From assembly GCA_973895155.1 (NCBI GenBank), contig OZ316892.1, positions 5,044,510 through 5,108,509 of the forward strand: a stretch of 64,000 nt of DNA. The letters run 5' to 3'. The DNA comes from Marsupella aquatica. Lineage: Eukaryota > Plantae > Marchantiophyta. Shown one piece after another: positions 33,424-46,253 of this stretch. The position numbers and the translations under genes were made by a program. Each line of letters begins with the position of its first letter. The first letter of the stretch is position 1. Below the pieces are notes generated by a model, which was not told the DNA's origin, searched no databases, and saw only the letters and a list, made by a program, of their open reading frames with translations.

Positions 33424-36384
33424 GACAAAGGACCCACCCCCAACTCAGCTAGGCCAGCAGGATAGTGATGCACCGGTGTATGGAGGAATGCGACTAGCAC
33501 GGTTGGAGGAGACCTTTGATGAGGAGACACGTAACAAGCTGGACGTGATTAGGCCGGAGCAGTACACCAAGGTGGAGGTGGGTGAAGGCAAGACACTCAA
33601 CATTGGTAGCAAGCTGGATGCTACAGAGCAACGCACTATTCAAGAGTTGTTAAAAGAGTACCAAGACGTATTTGCATGGAGCCACCAAGATTTGAAGGGG
33701 GTGCCACCTGAGTTTGGTGAGCACAGCATTGACTTGATGTCGGGAGCACGGCCTGTAAGGCAACACCAATACCGTCTCAACCCCAAGTACTCACTCATGG
33801 TGAAGGAGGAGATTGACCGTCTGTTGGATGCAAGATTCATTTATCTGGTCATGCATAGTGAATGGGTATCACCCATCGTGATTGTGCCCAAGAAGAAGGG
33901 ACCAGACGGTAAGGTGAAGATACGGGTGTGCCAAGATTTTCGGAAGCTGAATGACGCCACCAAGAAGGATCACTACCCGCTGCCGTTTACTGATATCGTG
34001 TTGGATATGGTGGCCGGTTGGGAGATTTACAGCTTCCTGGATGGTTACTCTGGATACAATCAAATTTGGATACGGGAGGAGGATCAACTCAAGACGGCTT
34101 TCACCACGGAGTGGGGAATTTTTGCATTCCGTAGAATGCCTTTTGGGTTGTGCAATGCCCCTGGCATGTTTCAGCGACTCATGATGAATATATTTCATGA
34201 CTTCTTACGGAGGTTCTTGGAGATCTTTATTGATGACTTTGCTGTCTACGGAAAATGACTCAAGCACCCTGAACACTTACGGTTGACTTTTCAGCAGTGT
34301 CGGGAGACTTGCTTGAAGCTACATCTTGAAAAGTGTTTCTTTGGAATTGAAGAGGGGACATTATTAGGGCACAAGGTTCTGCTCGGGGAATAGAGGTGGA
34401 TCGTGAGAAGGTGGCCGTGTGGGTGGCGGTCTCCTTTCCAAGAAATGTGAAGGAGGTGCGGGGCTTCTTGGGGTGTGTTGGCTACTACCGACGCTTCATC
34501 AAGGACTTTGCCAAGGTAGCCATGCCACTCACATCCATGTTGAAGAAGGGAAGTGAATTTGAACCTACTCCTTCCCGACAAGCTGCTTTTGATGAATTAA
34601 AAAAACGTTTGCTAGAGGCTCCCGTACTCATTACGCCTAATTGGAATAAGGAGTTCCATGTTTACGTAGACGTATCAGGATTTTGCATAGGTGTCGTGTT
34701 GAGTCAATTGGATGATGATGGGAGAGATCATCCCATCTACTTTGCCAGTAGACAGTTGGCCCCGACAGAGAAGAACTACTCACCCACCGATAGGGAGGCT
34801 CTTGGTATCATTTACGCTTGTAAGAAGTATCATCATTATTTGTTGGGTTACAAGGTTGTGTTCCACACGGATCACAACAGCTTGAAATACATGGTCAACA
34901 AGCCAGATCTGTCCGGGAGAATTGCACGCTGGGTTCTGTTGCTGCAGGAATTCAACTACGAGGTGAGGGTGAGATCCGGGAAGAGTCACAACAATGCTGA
35001 CTTCTTCTCCCGTATTGAGGGAGCATCTGACTCTCAAGAGATTGATGATCGTTTTCCCGATGAAGAAGTCTTCAGGGTGACTATGGACACCACTACTTGG
35101 TATGAAGAAATTCTTGAATTTCTCCGTACGGCCAGGGTTCCATTACGGTTGGGTCCGGAACGTGCAGCAGTGTTCTTACGTAAGACGGGACCCTACTTGC
35201 TTGTGAAGGGAGTACTTCACAAATATGGGATGGATGGATGCCTTTGCCGTTGTTTGGAGGAGGCTGAGATACGTACGGTCATGGCAGCACTTCATGAGGA
35301 GGAAGCTGGTGGTCACTTTGCTCGGGAGACAACTGCCAGAAAGATACTAGATGCGGGATATTGGTGGCCAACTCTTTTCCGGGATGTGCACCGGTACATC
35401 CAAAGATGTGACCCCTGCCAACGCCAAGGGAAACCTGGACCCTCCTCACGACATCCGTTGGTTCCAATCCTCCCTCTTGCCCCATTTGAGAAGTGGGGAG
35501 TGGACTTCATTGGTCCATTCACTCCCATCACACGACGGGGAAGGAAGCGGTATATCATCCTAGCTACGGACTACGCCACCAAGTGGGTGGAGGCCCGAGC
35601 AACTGCAAAAGATGATGCCAACACCACGGCACATTTTTTGTATGAGCAGATTTTTACACGGTTTGGCCCACCCTTAGAGCTGGTAAGTAACAGAGGTACT
35701 CATTTTCTCAATCATACAATCGAGCGTCTAACAGAGAACTACTTGGTCTCCCATAGGAAGACCACCCCGTACCACCCACGAGCCAACGGCCTCACTGAGA
35801 GAGCGAACGGGATCATGGGCAAGATTCTCAACAAGACGGTGTCAGCTCACAAGACAGATTGGGATTTGAAGTTGCTGGCTGCCACTTACGCCTACAACCT
35901 GGCTCACAAGACCACCACTGGCCACAACCCCTATTTCCTTGTGTTTGGTCAACATTCTCTGGTGCCGGTGGAATTTGAGGTGCCCACTATTCGAATCCTG
36001 ACACGGGAAAGGGAAGGGCAAGAAAGTAGTGTAGCTGCACGAATCCAACAGTTGGAGCAACTTACGGAGGTAAGGGAGGAGGCTCTCGCGCACACGGAGC
36101 AACAGCAAGGCAAACGGAAGGTGCACTACGATTCTCGGCTTCGCCGTGTGTCCATTCAGGAGGGGGATTTGGTGCTCCTCTACGACAGTCGTTTCATGCA
36201 TTTCCCTGGGAAGCTGCATACATGTTGGATGGGGCCCTATTTAGTCGACAGAGTCTACTCCAATGGGTCGGTGCAGCTCAAGACATTGGAGGGGCAAGTA
36301 CTCAACACACGGATCAATCAAGAACGCCTAAAGAAGTACTACACGGAGGAAGAGTATGGTGCTCGCGGGCCGCTTCGCAATTAA
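33424..36384 (+). pseudogene. pol: Ty3/gypsy pol (RT-RNaseH-integrase), non-chromoviral/Athila-like; no gag or protease upstream; disrupted
   Basis: RT: DFRKLN..TKKDHYPLP, FLDGYSGYNQI, MPFGLCNAP, FIDD. In-frame TGA at 34256-34258 and a frameshift near 34385. RNaseH: YVDVSG, YFASRQL, TDH. Integrase: H-H-C-C, GVDFIG, SNRG (expected catalytic Asp replaced by Asn), ERANG, GPY. Confidence 0.95.
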
Positions 36385-36395
36385 GAGAGGAGCTA

Positions 36396-37338
36396 TGTGA
36401 CGGGGTCCCTGTCACTCAAAATCACAAATAACTTGGTTGCGGAGTGTTGTGCAGTGTAAATAACCATTGTAAATAAGCATTTTTTCAAAATTTTTAAGTT
36501 AATTCTTCAATTTTTTAAAGTTAATTCCATCACTTGTGACCAAAGAATTGTATTTATTTTTATCCCCTAATTGTTCTGCAAATATGTTGGGCGGAGGGCC
36601 CTGCCTTTGGGGGACTCCCCATTATTTTATGGCCATTTTCTAGAGACCTCAATAGCAAGGTTGATGGGAAGAAGAAATAAAACAGGACCGGGAGCAAGGA
36701 AGTTTTTTTTATGAGTAAAGGTGACCCCGGCAGTGTGAGTAGGGGGACATTTTTTAAAGAGCAGCCGGAGCCAGGCTGGACACAAAGGAGGCTGCTGCGA
36801 GCCCTGCATAGGGCCGCGTGCAGGAGGAGGAAGGGGGAATTAAATCCCCCGTTTGAAGGGCCACCGCGAGTGGCAGGCTTGGCCGGGGCGTAGGTGAGAC
36901 CGCGAGCGGGGCGAGCCGGAGGGGTTAAAATCCCCCCCAAAATAAGATGAGCGCGCGCCTTGCATAGGGCCGCGTGCCACAAGATAGCTACGTGGCAGGG
37001 TGAGGCGCCCTGCATAGGGCCGTGTGCCATTTAAAGGGCAGCCGGGCCTCAATCGAGGAGGAAGGAGTCGGGGGAAGTATTAACTCTCCCGTGAGGGACT
37101 AAAGGGAGGGGGGGGGGGAATTTAATTCCCCATACCAGGGGAGCACTACAGAAGGGTACCGGGAGCCGGGGCCCAAAGCGAGTGGGGCTGGCGGTGAGTG
37201 AGGCTGCCAAGGGGGGAAATTAAATCCCCCAAAATGGGGCGTAGCACTCCGAGGCAATGAAGCGCGCCCTACATAGGGCTCTGCGAGTGAACGGAGAGGG
37301 GGAGGGCCGTGAGCCCACCAGCTGCGACCGAGGAGGAG
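36396..37338 (+). repeat. LTR 5' portion following the PPT; left arm of a long inverted repeat
   Basis: Begins TG right after the purine tract aagagaggag (36383-36392). The first ~62 bp match 33362-33423; the whole arm is the reverse complement of 45295-46253 with scattered differences. Confidence 0.9.
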
Positions 37339-38254
37339 TGTGGTGCGTCCCATGGCTCCCCAAACCCAAGAAACCCCCCCGCACAAGCCGATTCCTGCAG
37401 GTTTTGTGCTTGGCGAGGCCGTTTCCGCGGCTTAGCGGCATGGGACGCTGCTAACCTCCTTCTACTACTACTATTAACATTTTACACACATATACTGGAC
37501 AGATCCTTCATCGGGTCATGAGATACGCAACCGGCCTAATCTAGGCCTTCTCTTGTCTTTCCCTCCTGTTGGTTAGGTATATTTGGATTCCGCCACCGGA
37601 ATGATCCCCAATTGGTTTGGTTAAGCCGCTAAGACCTCTCTCAGCTCCACACATCCAACTCTCACTCCCTTGCTTACTTCCCTTCTACTTGTTGATGTGG
37701 GCACTCTTCACACAAGTTAATGCGACACACAAATAGCAAAATGACTCCTTTTGACTGAGTTATACCATGCATTTGCAATACAAATAGTACATCTCATACA
37801 CAAGCTCTGCGAACTAAGCCGTGAGGCCAACTCTATTAAGTTCTTAGGTATGAGGAAACATGAATATACACAAGGGTCACTGTATAACTAACCGAGAGCT
37901 TCTCTTACTACTTGATCCCAGCCCTGCTAGTGCAACTAAAAACTTGCTAAAGAAGAGGCCCTGAACTCCCCACAGCCCAGGCACTTATCCTGGTTGTGGA
38001 TCCGCCTGATTCCTTGCAGCGTAAGCCTAATCTACCTATTGTAATCTACCTAACTGTAATCTACCTATGTACAGCGAGGCAGGAGCACAAGTGTCGTCCT
38101 CACCTGTGGATCCAAAATCCCACTAATCTAAGTGTCAGGGCCGTCTCCTGGTCCTGATCCTAAGTCTAAACTTGGAGATCAGCGCCCGCACTGCCCACTC
38201 ACGCCTCCTACCTCCATGTCCGCCCTCCCTAAAAGGGACGGCGCCCTTACACCA

Positions 38255-41130
38255 TCACGACACCGGTGGCTGGTCCTCGATGGACATCCCCAACGCTTCC
38301 TCCGCAGCCACTTCCATTGGTGCGTCCTCTGACAGATTACCTGCCCCTGACCGAGTCAACTCTTCATTGGCCTGACTGGATCCACCCTCGGCTTCGGCCT
38401 CAGCATCGGTCACGGCCTCCGATACGGCTACGGCCTCCCCGACATGTTCTAGTGGAGGATCCGGTACCTCGGCAGCATTACTGGTTCTCCCGGCCTCGGC
38501 CTTGCCATCTCCACTTCCTAGGACTGGTGGATCCACTGCCGTGCCGATGCCGGAGCTTGGTGCCGGGTTTATCTTCTTGGTCACAACGGCTTGAGAATCC
38601 GTATAACTCCCAGACCTAGAAGGTTTCCGCTTCTTCTTCTTCCCTATTTCGACAACCGGTTCCTTCCCCTTGCCACTTACCTCCGGCACTGGGGTGAGTG
38701 TTTCGGCTTGTCCTTCGGCCAATACTACCCCTGGTAACTGGGTTCCCCCAATTGGAGTTGGACCTGATGAAGCCAAGCATTTAAATACTGCGGCTTGTGT
38801 CTTCAGCCGCTCCGTTTGGTTGTCGGCCCGCCACTGTAGGTTCTCCATCTTCCTCGTGATTTCCTTCAACTCCTCCTGGGTCTTGTCCAGGTCCTTGCGC
38901 GCCTCCTCCAACTCCTTATTGGCTTCCTCCAATTCTTTCTTTAAGGTAGCCCTCTCCTCCTGGGTTGCTCTTAGCTCCTTGTCGAGCTCTGCTACGACCA
39001 CAGACTCCATCTTATTCATCTTGGCATAAGTCTGGTCGATCTGGTCATCCTTTTCACGCAGGTCAGCCTTGAAGCTGGCCGTTAGGGACGCAAGCTCCTG
39101 CTGCAGTGCAATAATCCCTTGATAGGATTTCCCTAACTCTGCTTCCTTCTACTCAAGGGCTCCGCGGATATCTTCGAGCTCTCCTTTCAACGCCCTCTCT
39201 CTTCTCTGGTTCTCCGCCATGGCCCGATTGTTGGTTGCTAAGTGGGCCTCCTCTGCATCCCTTAGCTCCCGCTTCCATTTCTCTCTTTCCTTGACTGCGC
39301 CGGCCAACTCTCCTTGGGTCCGAGTCAGTTTATCTTTGATAATCTGATTGTCAGACTGAGCGGTATCCAACTGCCCCTGCATGATGTTTTGCTCATGCCG
39401 CTTAATCCGCAGCTCATCTTGGGCTTTCTTGGCCACCTGCAGAACTTCCACCTCGGCTTCCTTCTCCCTAAGCCGTCGGATGACCTCGTTCTTTTTGCTT
39501 CTCTCCAAAGCCACCGCTTCTTCTAATCGGTGCTTTTCCAACATCTCCCTCTGGAAAAAGGGTCCCTGCTCCAACTCCTCCCCAAAGATGCTGAGCGCCA
39601 GGTCCCCACACATCTCCCCGTACTCCATGGCTCTATCCTTAGCATAGGTGGAGTAACTAGAAGTCATCGGCATCAACCACCGCGGCCTCTGCTCCCAAGC
39701 CGCCTTGCGGATTTCTTCTACGGTGGCAAGAGGGTTGCTTCTTTTTTCGGCAAACCACCTGATGTCCTCCGGCCAATCTCCTCCTGGTAAATCCTTCTCC
39801 CTAGCCAGGGCTGCTTTCTCTTCCTCCCTAAGTCGCTCCTGAAATTCTTGTGCCATCTGCTTTATGCCGTCAAAGCTCGGGGGAGCAACCTTTGGTGGGG
39901 GAGACTCGGGGCTACTCTGCTGGGTAGGGTCCCCTCGAACTACTCTTGGAAGCGTGGGGATAAATCGGCCACAAGTCCTTACTCCTGGAACATGATGATC
40001 CGACCCATAGCCGGAGTTATCATTGCTGTAGTCCTCTACCGCCTCTTCCACTACTTGGACTCCCGGCTTCTCCCTTTGTTTCCCTGGTCCTGTCGTGAAA
40101 ACGGCCTTACAGATCACGGGCTTTGGTTCTGGTTTCCAGGCTGTCGTCTCCCTCTGCTCTTCGCGGGAAGGAGCCTTAGGCTGCTCTGCCTCTGATTCGG
40201 GGCTTGAGGCTCCCACATACATTCGCACTCCCGGCTTGTGTTCTGGCCTCCTTCTCTCCTTGGCTCCGGTAAAGGGGTCTTCCCTTCTGAGTCGGCTTAG
40301 GCCGACCTCTGGGGCAGCGTCCTGTATCGGTGCCGTTGCCGTTGCCGGAACTAGTGCCGGTGCCGTTCTCTTTTCCTTCTCCAGCAATTTCAGCAGATTT
40401 TGCATGCCTGGTTGCTGCATCGGCAAGTCTTCTTTCCTTGGCCAAAACACCTGCTCAATCGTCGGACTGTCGGGCTGGTTGGGCTTCTCTGGTGCCGGCC
40501 TTTGCTCCGGAACCTCCTCCAGTGCCCTTGCCGAGAGGGGAAGTACTGGGGCAAAGATTTGACTTTTGGCATACCGGCACAACAGCGGCATGTGATAGCC
40601 AAGCCGGGACACGCTTCCCACGCCGATCACTTGCTTTTCCTCCTTCAAGATTTTCTTTAGTTGGTTGAGGAGGTATCCATTGTAATCCCGGCTTGGGTCT
40701 GGCCTTTCTGCTAGGTAGACCTGAGCCTTGCCGATCTCTGCCCTCGGCAAGTTACAATGCATGGTCACCCGCAAGAAATTGATCATCTCTCCGATGTGTG
40801 GGTTGGTGCAGGTGTTCCGGAAGAAGCCATTCTTTGTTCCGGTCCTGGGAACGACCGGAACTCCTTGTCAAGTAAGGTCTTCCTGGTATCAACCTTGGTC
40901 TTATTACCCATCGGCAAGCCAAACACCTCGGCAATCACCCGGGGAGTGAGATAGAAATCCTTCCCATACACCCTCGTGGAATTGGTCTCGGGTTCCCATG
41001 ATCCCACGAATTCTAATAAGTCTGAGTCCGGCATCTCCGGCTTCAGCCATGGTAATCTTACAAAGGCTTCCAAGCTGGATCCGGCCATGAAGCCCTGGTA
41101 CTTCTTGGTCTGCATGGCCGTAAAGCATGC
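38255..41130 (-). pseudogene. Retroelement accessory ORF region 2 (fragments 40783-41130, 39149-40786, 38255-39019), with long coiled coils
   Basis: LLEFVGSW....RVYGKDFYLTPRVIAEVFGLP resembles the N-terminal motif of Athila/Tat extra ORFs (Transposase_32/PMD-like, recognised by eye). Followed by a Pro/Glu-rich linker and E/K/R heptads; broken by a frameshift and a stop. Confidence 0.55.
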
Positions 41131-41155
41131 ACTCAACGTACCCGTGTTCAGTACC

Positions 41156-41251
41156 CTAAACTTTGAACTCTTCAATCCATTCGTCTGGATCATCTTTTGG
41201 TCTTCCCTTGAAGGGTACGTACTGAACACGGGTACGTTGAGCAACTGCCAT
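41156..41251 (-). pseudogene. Truncated gag N-terminus
   Basis: MAVAQRTRVQYVPFKGRPKDDPDEWIEEFKV* carries the F.G...DP..W...F motif typical of retrotransposon Gag N-termini. It lies ~600 bp downstream of the PBS. Confidence 0.55.
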
Positions 41252-41855
41252 TGATGCAACTGGTCCCCGTATCAACACAAGCGGTAATGGCGTACGTTGG
41301 GCCACCGGTAACGGCAATGCTGATAGGTGTGAGATGATTAGATTTCAGTGAGCTCTAGGATTAGATTTGGCCGTAACTCAGACTGCACCAACACAAAGGG
41401 CTCCCCTTCTTCTAGCACGTGATCTACGTCTGGCTCTTCGTCTGGACGTATGGCCTCATTGTATTGAAACCCTTCTTGCGGCACACCAACTTGTTCTTCT
41501 AGCTCCCGTGGCAACCTCCTCTCTTCTGCAAGCCGTAATCGTTCTTCGGCAGCAACCCAAGAGGGCACTCGGTCTAGCTCAGGCGTACGTGAGTGTTGGG
41601 GGCTTGCTCTCCCTCCCCTTCTTCCTCTCGGCATCCCATTGAGACCTGCATGCCAAGCTCATGAAAAAAATATCACCAACAAATCTTCCTCAAACATCAA
41701 CCGTTGCAAGTTGCGTTGTGGTTGACGTAAAATAACAAAGTAACCAAGAATTTTTTTTTTCTCAAGTATCAACCGTCGCAAGCTGTGTTGTGGTTGATAC
41801 GCTTGAACTCCAAATAGACGTAGCTCCCCTCCTCCTGCAACCAAACAAGGAGAAG

Positions 41856-41875
41856 GATCCCCGGCAGCGGCGCCA
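41856..41875 (-). other. Primer-binding site, tRNA-Asp type (TGGCGCCGCTGCCGGGGATC)
   Basis: One mismatch from the Athila-type PBS TGGCGCCGTTGCCGGGGA, preceded by a T run as is usual for that lineage. Confidence 0.75.
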
Positions 41876-43001
41876 AAAACAAGGACCACACTTATGTCAC
41901 CTATTTATCAAACAATTTACACGACAAATACGTATTTATTCCTACTAAAATCGTTTGTTATCGTATGACGGGAACGTGGAGGGACGCTATTAGGATTCTA
42001 TTGCATGTAGGATGAGTATGTTTATTTTCGCTCCCAGAAATGTAGTTTTTGATCAAGTCTACCGACTAGTCCCGCTGCTTTTGATCAAGTCCCATGGACT
42101 ACGCCACACACACACTCCTACTGGTCGCTGGTGGAGTGATGTCACCACCCCCCCTACTCACATGGTCGACCAATCCGTGCAAGTATTCTTTAGACACTTC
42201 TTGGGGAAAGAACACAATCGTGAACCAGAAAAAATGACGTCACACCAAAACTTGAGGAATCAAACCAAATCCATATCTTTTGGCAAAACGTCGTAACACA
42301 TTGCAAGGACAACCCGGCCTCCTGCCGTCTGCCCAACTACTGCCTCACTGGGGCAAGTGCTACACCTCTACCTCACTACTCTGGCTTGATTCCCTTTTCT
42401 GGCTATGAGCTAACTTCCCCAAGCAAACACTAGACTGAGTTCGTCCCCTAACTACCCCGGGGGTTTCCCCCTAAATACCCAAAAAAACACACCAAAGCAC
42501 TCCTCACGGGGCCACAACGATGGCGGCTTACCCTAGCGGCGCCGCTAAACCCTTTACTAAGAAACCCCCAAACTAAAACCATTCGGCACACACATGCTTC
42601 TAAAACCCTAAACCCTAAACTAAAAATGGGACCGGCGGTGCCTTCGACGGTGCCCCAACGTTACTCTGTGAACCGTGAAATTGCAAGGAACCCCACAATG
42701 GCCGAAACTAGGCGCCCCTCCACTTGCACTTCTGAGTTCACCCCTGGATAGCTCTCCTCCTCCTGATCACGAATCACTCAACTTCTCTCGAAACGGACAT
42801 CGGACGACCAAGTTATGGCCGTTTCCGTATCCCATAAACACAACTTCACCGGGCCATAACCTGCTCATCCTGGCTCCGTTTGAGGAGCGCCGCCCCTTGT
42901 TGGAATCAGCTCCGCGAGCTCTTTCCAAAAAGCCTGTGAGTGACCCCTCACAAAAAAGTTGGAAAGTCCAGGGGCCGTACAACCACGTCCGTACGACCAC
43001 T

Positions 43002-44842
43002 CTAATCCTCCTCCTCTTCACTCACGGTGCCCTGGCTTGAGCCCCGTGAGTGGGCCTCCTCATCACTCTCCACTGGAGTGAGTGCCACTTCACTCCTCTT
43101 CTTCTTCACCGGGGTACTTCTGGTGCTAGTGCTCCCCTTCTTCCTCAAATTGGCCAAGGTCTGCCACGCCTTGATGTACCCCTCACCAATGGTGTCCTTC
43201 CATAAGGCAGCCTCTTCACCGGACCGCAACTCCAACGGTAAAACCTGCCCGGTGGCCATGGGAGTCCCAGGGGTGACAGATCGGGGTGGCATCCCCGGGG
43301 TCCCCGTGTTGACCTGAGCTTCTCATAACGATTTACGTACCTCCCTGAGCTTCTTCTCTAAGCTCTTGCTCTTCTCTTGACTCTTCTTGGCTCTTCCAAC
43401 AGGGGTCCATACTTCCCACTGACTTCCTTCACCACCAACTCAATGGCCCTGGAGATCAAATCCGGGGAGAGTGTGGAGCTAGGCGTGCAGGGACTCTTCC
43501 GTTTCCCCAGACTCAAGGCCTCACTCCTCTTAGCCCTTGTCTCAAAGATCACCATTTGACTCCGTAGTGCTCCCACCTGGGCTCTTAACTCCACCACTTC
43601 TCCAGAATTCTACTTCTCTTTGGCCAATGCCTGTTTCAATACTCCAACCTCTTCCGCTTCCTTGGCCTTGGTGGACAAGGCTCCCCTCAAGTTGGAGATC
43701 TCTACGTGAGCTGCTTGGAGAAGTTTAACCTTCTCATGAATGGCCTCCTCCTTGGCATTGATCACCTCCTTCATAGATAGGGCACTCTGCTCCAAAGTCT
43801 CTACTCTGGCGGTGGCCTGCTTGAGAGAATCTCTCAATGCGTGGACTAGCTTGAGTCCCTCATGGACTCCCTCCCATAATTCCCGTAACTCTGCCAGGTA
43901 GACATCAGGAATTTCTTAGACCAGGGGCTCCTCCAGATCTCCCACAAGTGATTCAAGCCACTCCAATGTGGAGTCCTCATCCTGGTTTTCTTCCTCTCTA
44001 CTATCATCCCCAACCGCCGATGATGATCCCTCCGTTAGTTTCCCCAAGATGGTAGTGGCAATACTCCTGATTTCCGTGGTAAGGGATGATCCAGTGTCGT
44101 CCTGTCCCGGGGAAACAATCCACCCTTCTGCTCTGGCTAGCAAAAATGACCCCATCAAATGTACAGCCCCACCTGGTTTCACACTCCCGGAATCAGCGTC
44201 CAATAGCTTCTTCAACCCGTAGTACCACCGTCCGTACACATGGGCTGGATAGTTCTTGATGTCCATAGCTACCACGAAATGCTCTCTATTCACCACCCCG
44301 GATTGCACGTTACCAAGGACCCATTGATGAACCTTGGCCAAAAATCCCTTGTGCTCAGCATCCTTGATGGCGGAAAGAGGAATGGAAGTAGTGGAGGTGG
44401 GATTAATCACCCAACCGGCCACCATTGTCAACGTGAGCTCTCCCCTTATGTTCCGAGGTGTGAATGAGAATTGTTGGTTCTCCGGGAACAGAAGCACTAC
44501 CCGTTGGAGACATTCAAAGTAGATTCCTTCCGTACGTAACTCCATCCCGACCTCAATGTTCCAACTCTTCCCCGAAGGGATTGTAATCTCCACATTCATG
44601 AACTCCGTGAGCCCGGTGACTTGAAAAATATTCCTACAATCCTCCATCACCTTGGCGGAGGTTTTGGGATAAATTTGACGGAAAACCTTCCTACTCACCG
44701 GTATGGAACTTGCCGCCAGCCCAGTTCTCATCGTGGCTTTTCTCTCTTTTCTCTCTTTTGCAATCAATGTCTCAACGTAGTCACGGTAAGCAGCCTTGTA
44801 TCTCCGAACGCGTGCCGCACTAAACTCCGATTGATCAAGCAT
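43002..44842 (-). pseudogene. Retroelement accessory ORF region 1 (308-aa ORF 43916-44842 plus coiled-coil fragments 43610-43837, 43358-43597, 43002-43292)
   Basis: Same layout as region 2: globular N-terminus (FQVTGLTEF...FSFTPRNI), acidic linker, coiled coil, basic tail. Interrupted by stops and frameshifts. Confidence 0.45.
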
Positions 44843-45294
44843 CCATGCATCCAGAAATCAAATCCTCAATCACCAAATCTCGTCACCCGTAGCAATGTCA
44901 ATCCCCTGGCCCGAAACGGCCCCCGTATCCCGATCAATCAATTACCCTCAATTCCCTCAGAAGCCACTCTGTGCTGCTGCCGCTAATGCCCGGAAGAATC
45001 ATGCCCACAAGCCCCAACAATTGACCACGAGAAAGAGCTTCAAAAATAAGTGTAAGAGCTAGTAGAGAGCTTCCGGCATTGGGGAAATTGCTTTCGAAAA
45101 TGAGTGCAAAGTGCTTCGGCCAAGAAAGGAGTTGCGCGCGCGGAGAAGGAAGCAAAGAAAAAAACAAAGAAAAAAAACAAAGGGGAGGGAATTCCCGATC
45201 CTCCCCGTGTTACCCAGAGTCCACTTCCATGCGGCTGCCACTTCGCGGCTACTCGCGGCTACTCGCGGCTACCACCTCACGGCCAGGCAGCTTC

Positions 45295-46253
45295 CTCCTC
45301 CTCGGTCGCAGCTGGTGGGCTTGCGGCCCTATGCAGGGCTCGCGGCCCTCCCCCTCTCCGTTCACTCGCGGAGCCCTATGCAGGGCGCGCTTCATTGCCT
45401 CGGAGTGCTACGCCCCGTTTTGGGGGATTTAATTTCCCCCCTTGGCAGCCTCACTCACCGCCAGCCCCACTCGCTTTGGGGCCCGGCTCCCGGTACCCTT
45501 CCGTAGCGCTCCGCTGGTATGGGGAATTAAATTCCCCCCCTCCCTTTACTCCCTCACGGGAGAGTTAATACTTCCCCCCGACTCCTTCCTCCTCCTCGGC
45601 TGCGGCCCGGCTGCCCTTTAAATGGCACGCGGCCCTATGCAAGGCGCCTCACCCTGCCATGCAGCTATCTTGTGGCACGCGGCCCTATGCAGGGCGCGCG
45701 CTCATCTTATTTTGGGGGGGAATTTTAACCCCTCCGGCTCGCCCCCGTAGCGCCTGCTCGCCCCGCTCGCAGTCTCACCTACGCCCCGACCAAGCCTGCC
45801 ACTCGCGGTGGCCCTTCAAATGGGGGATTTAATTCCCCCCTTCCTCCTCCTGCACGCGGCCCTATGCAGGGCTCGCGACAGCCTCCTCCGTGTCCAGCCC
45901 GGCTCCGGCTGCCCTTTAAAAAACGTCCCCCTACTCACACTGCCGGGGTCACCTTTACTCATAAAAAAACTTCCTTGCTCCCGGTCCTGTTTTATTTCTT
46001 CTTCCCATCAACCTTGCTATTGAGGTCTCTAAAAATGGCCATAAAATAATGGGGAGTCCCCCAAAGGCAGGGCCCTCCGCCCAACATATTTGCAGAACAA
46101 TTAGGGGATAAAAATAAATACAGTTCTTCGGTCACAAGTGATAGAATTAACTTAAAAAAATTGAAAAAATGCTTATTTACAATGGTTATTTACACTGCGC
46201 AACACTCCGCGACCAAGTTATTCATGATTTTGAGTGACGGGGACCCCGTCACA
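45295..46253 (-). repeat. Inverted LTR copy; right arm of the long inverted repeat
   Basis: Reverse complement of 36396-37338, including the internal gcggccctatgcagggc and ggggaattaaatcccc subrepeats. Confidence 0.9.

Larger units (their letters stand above)
33362..46253. mobile_element. 12.9-kb Athila-like Ty3/gypsy composite insertion with inverted termini
   Basis: Starts TGTGACGGGGTCCCCGTCACTC and ends GAGTGACGGGGACCCCGTCACA; flanked by GAGAT / GAGAC (4/5 TSD). Contains pol (+), a PPT, ~950-bp inverted arms, a tRNA-Asp-type PBS with a gag stub (-) and accessory ORFs (-). Confidence 0.75.

Noticed and set aside
37339-42108. Separate nested LTR element bounded by tgtggtgcgtcccatgg / ccatggactacgccaca
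   Set aside because: The similarity is short and imperfect, with no TSD and no matching pair of direct LTRs.
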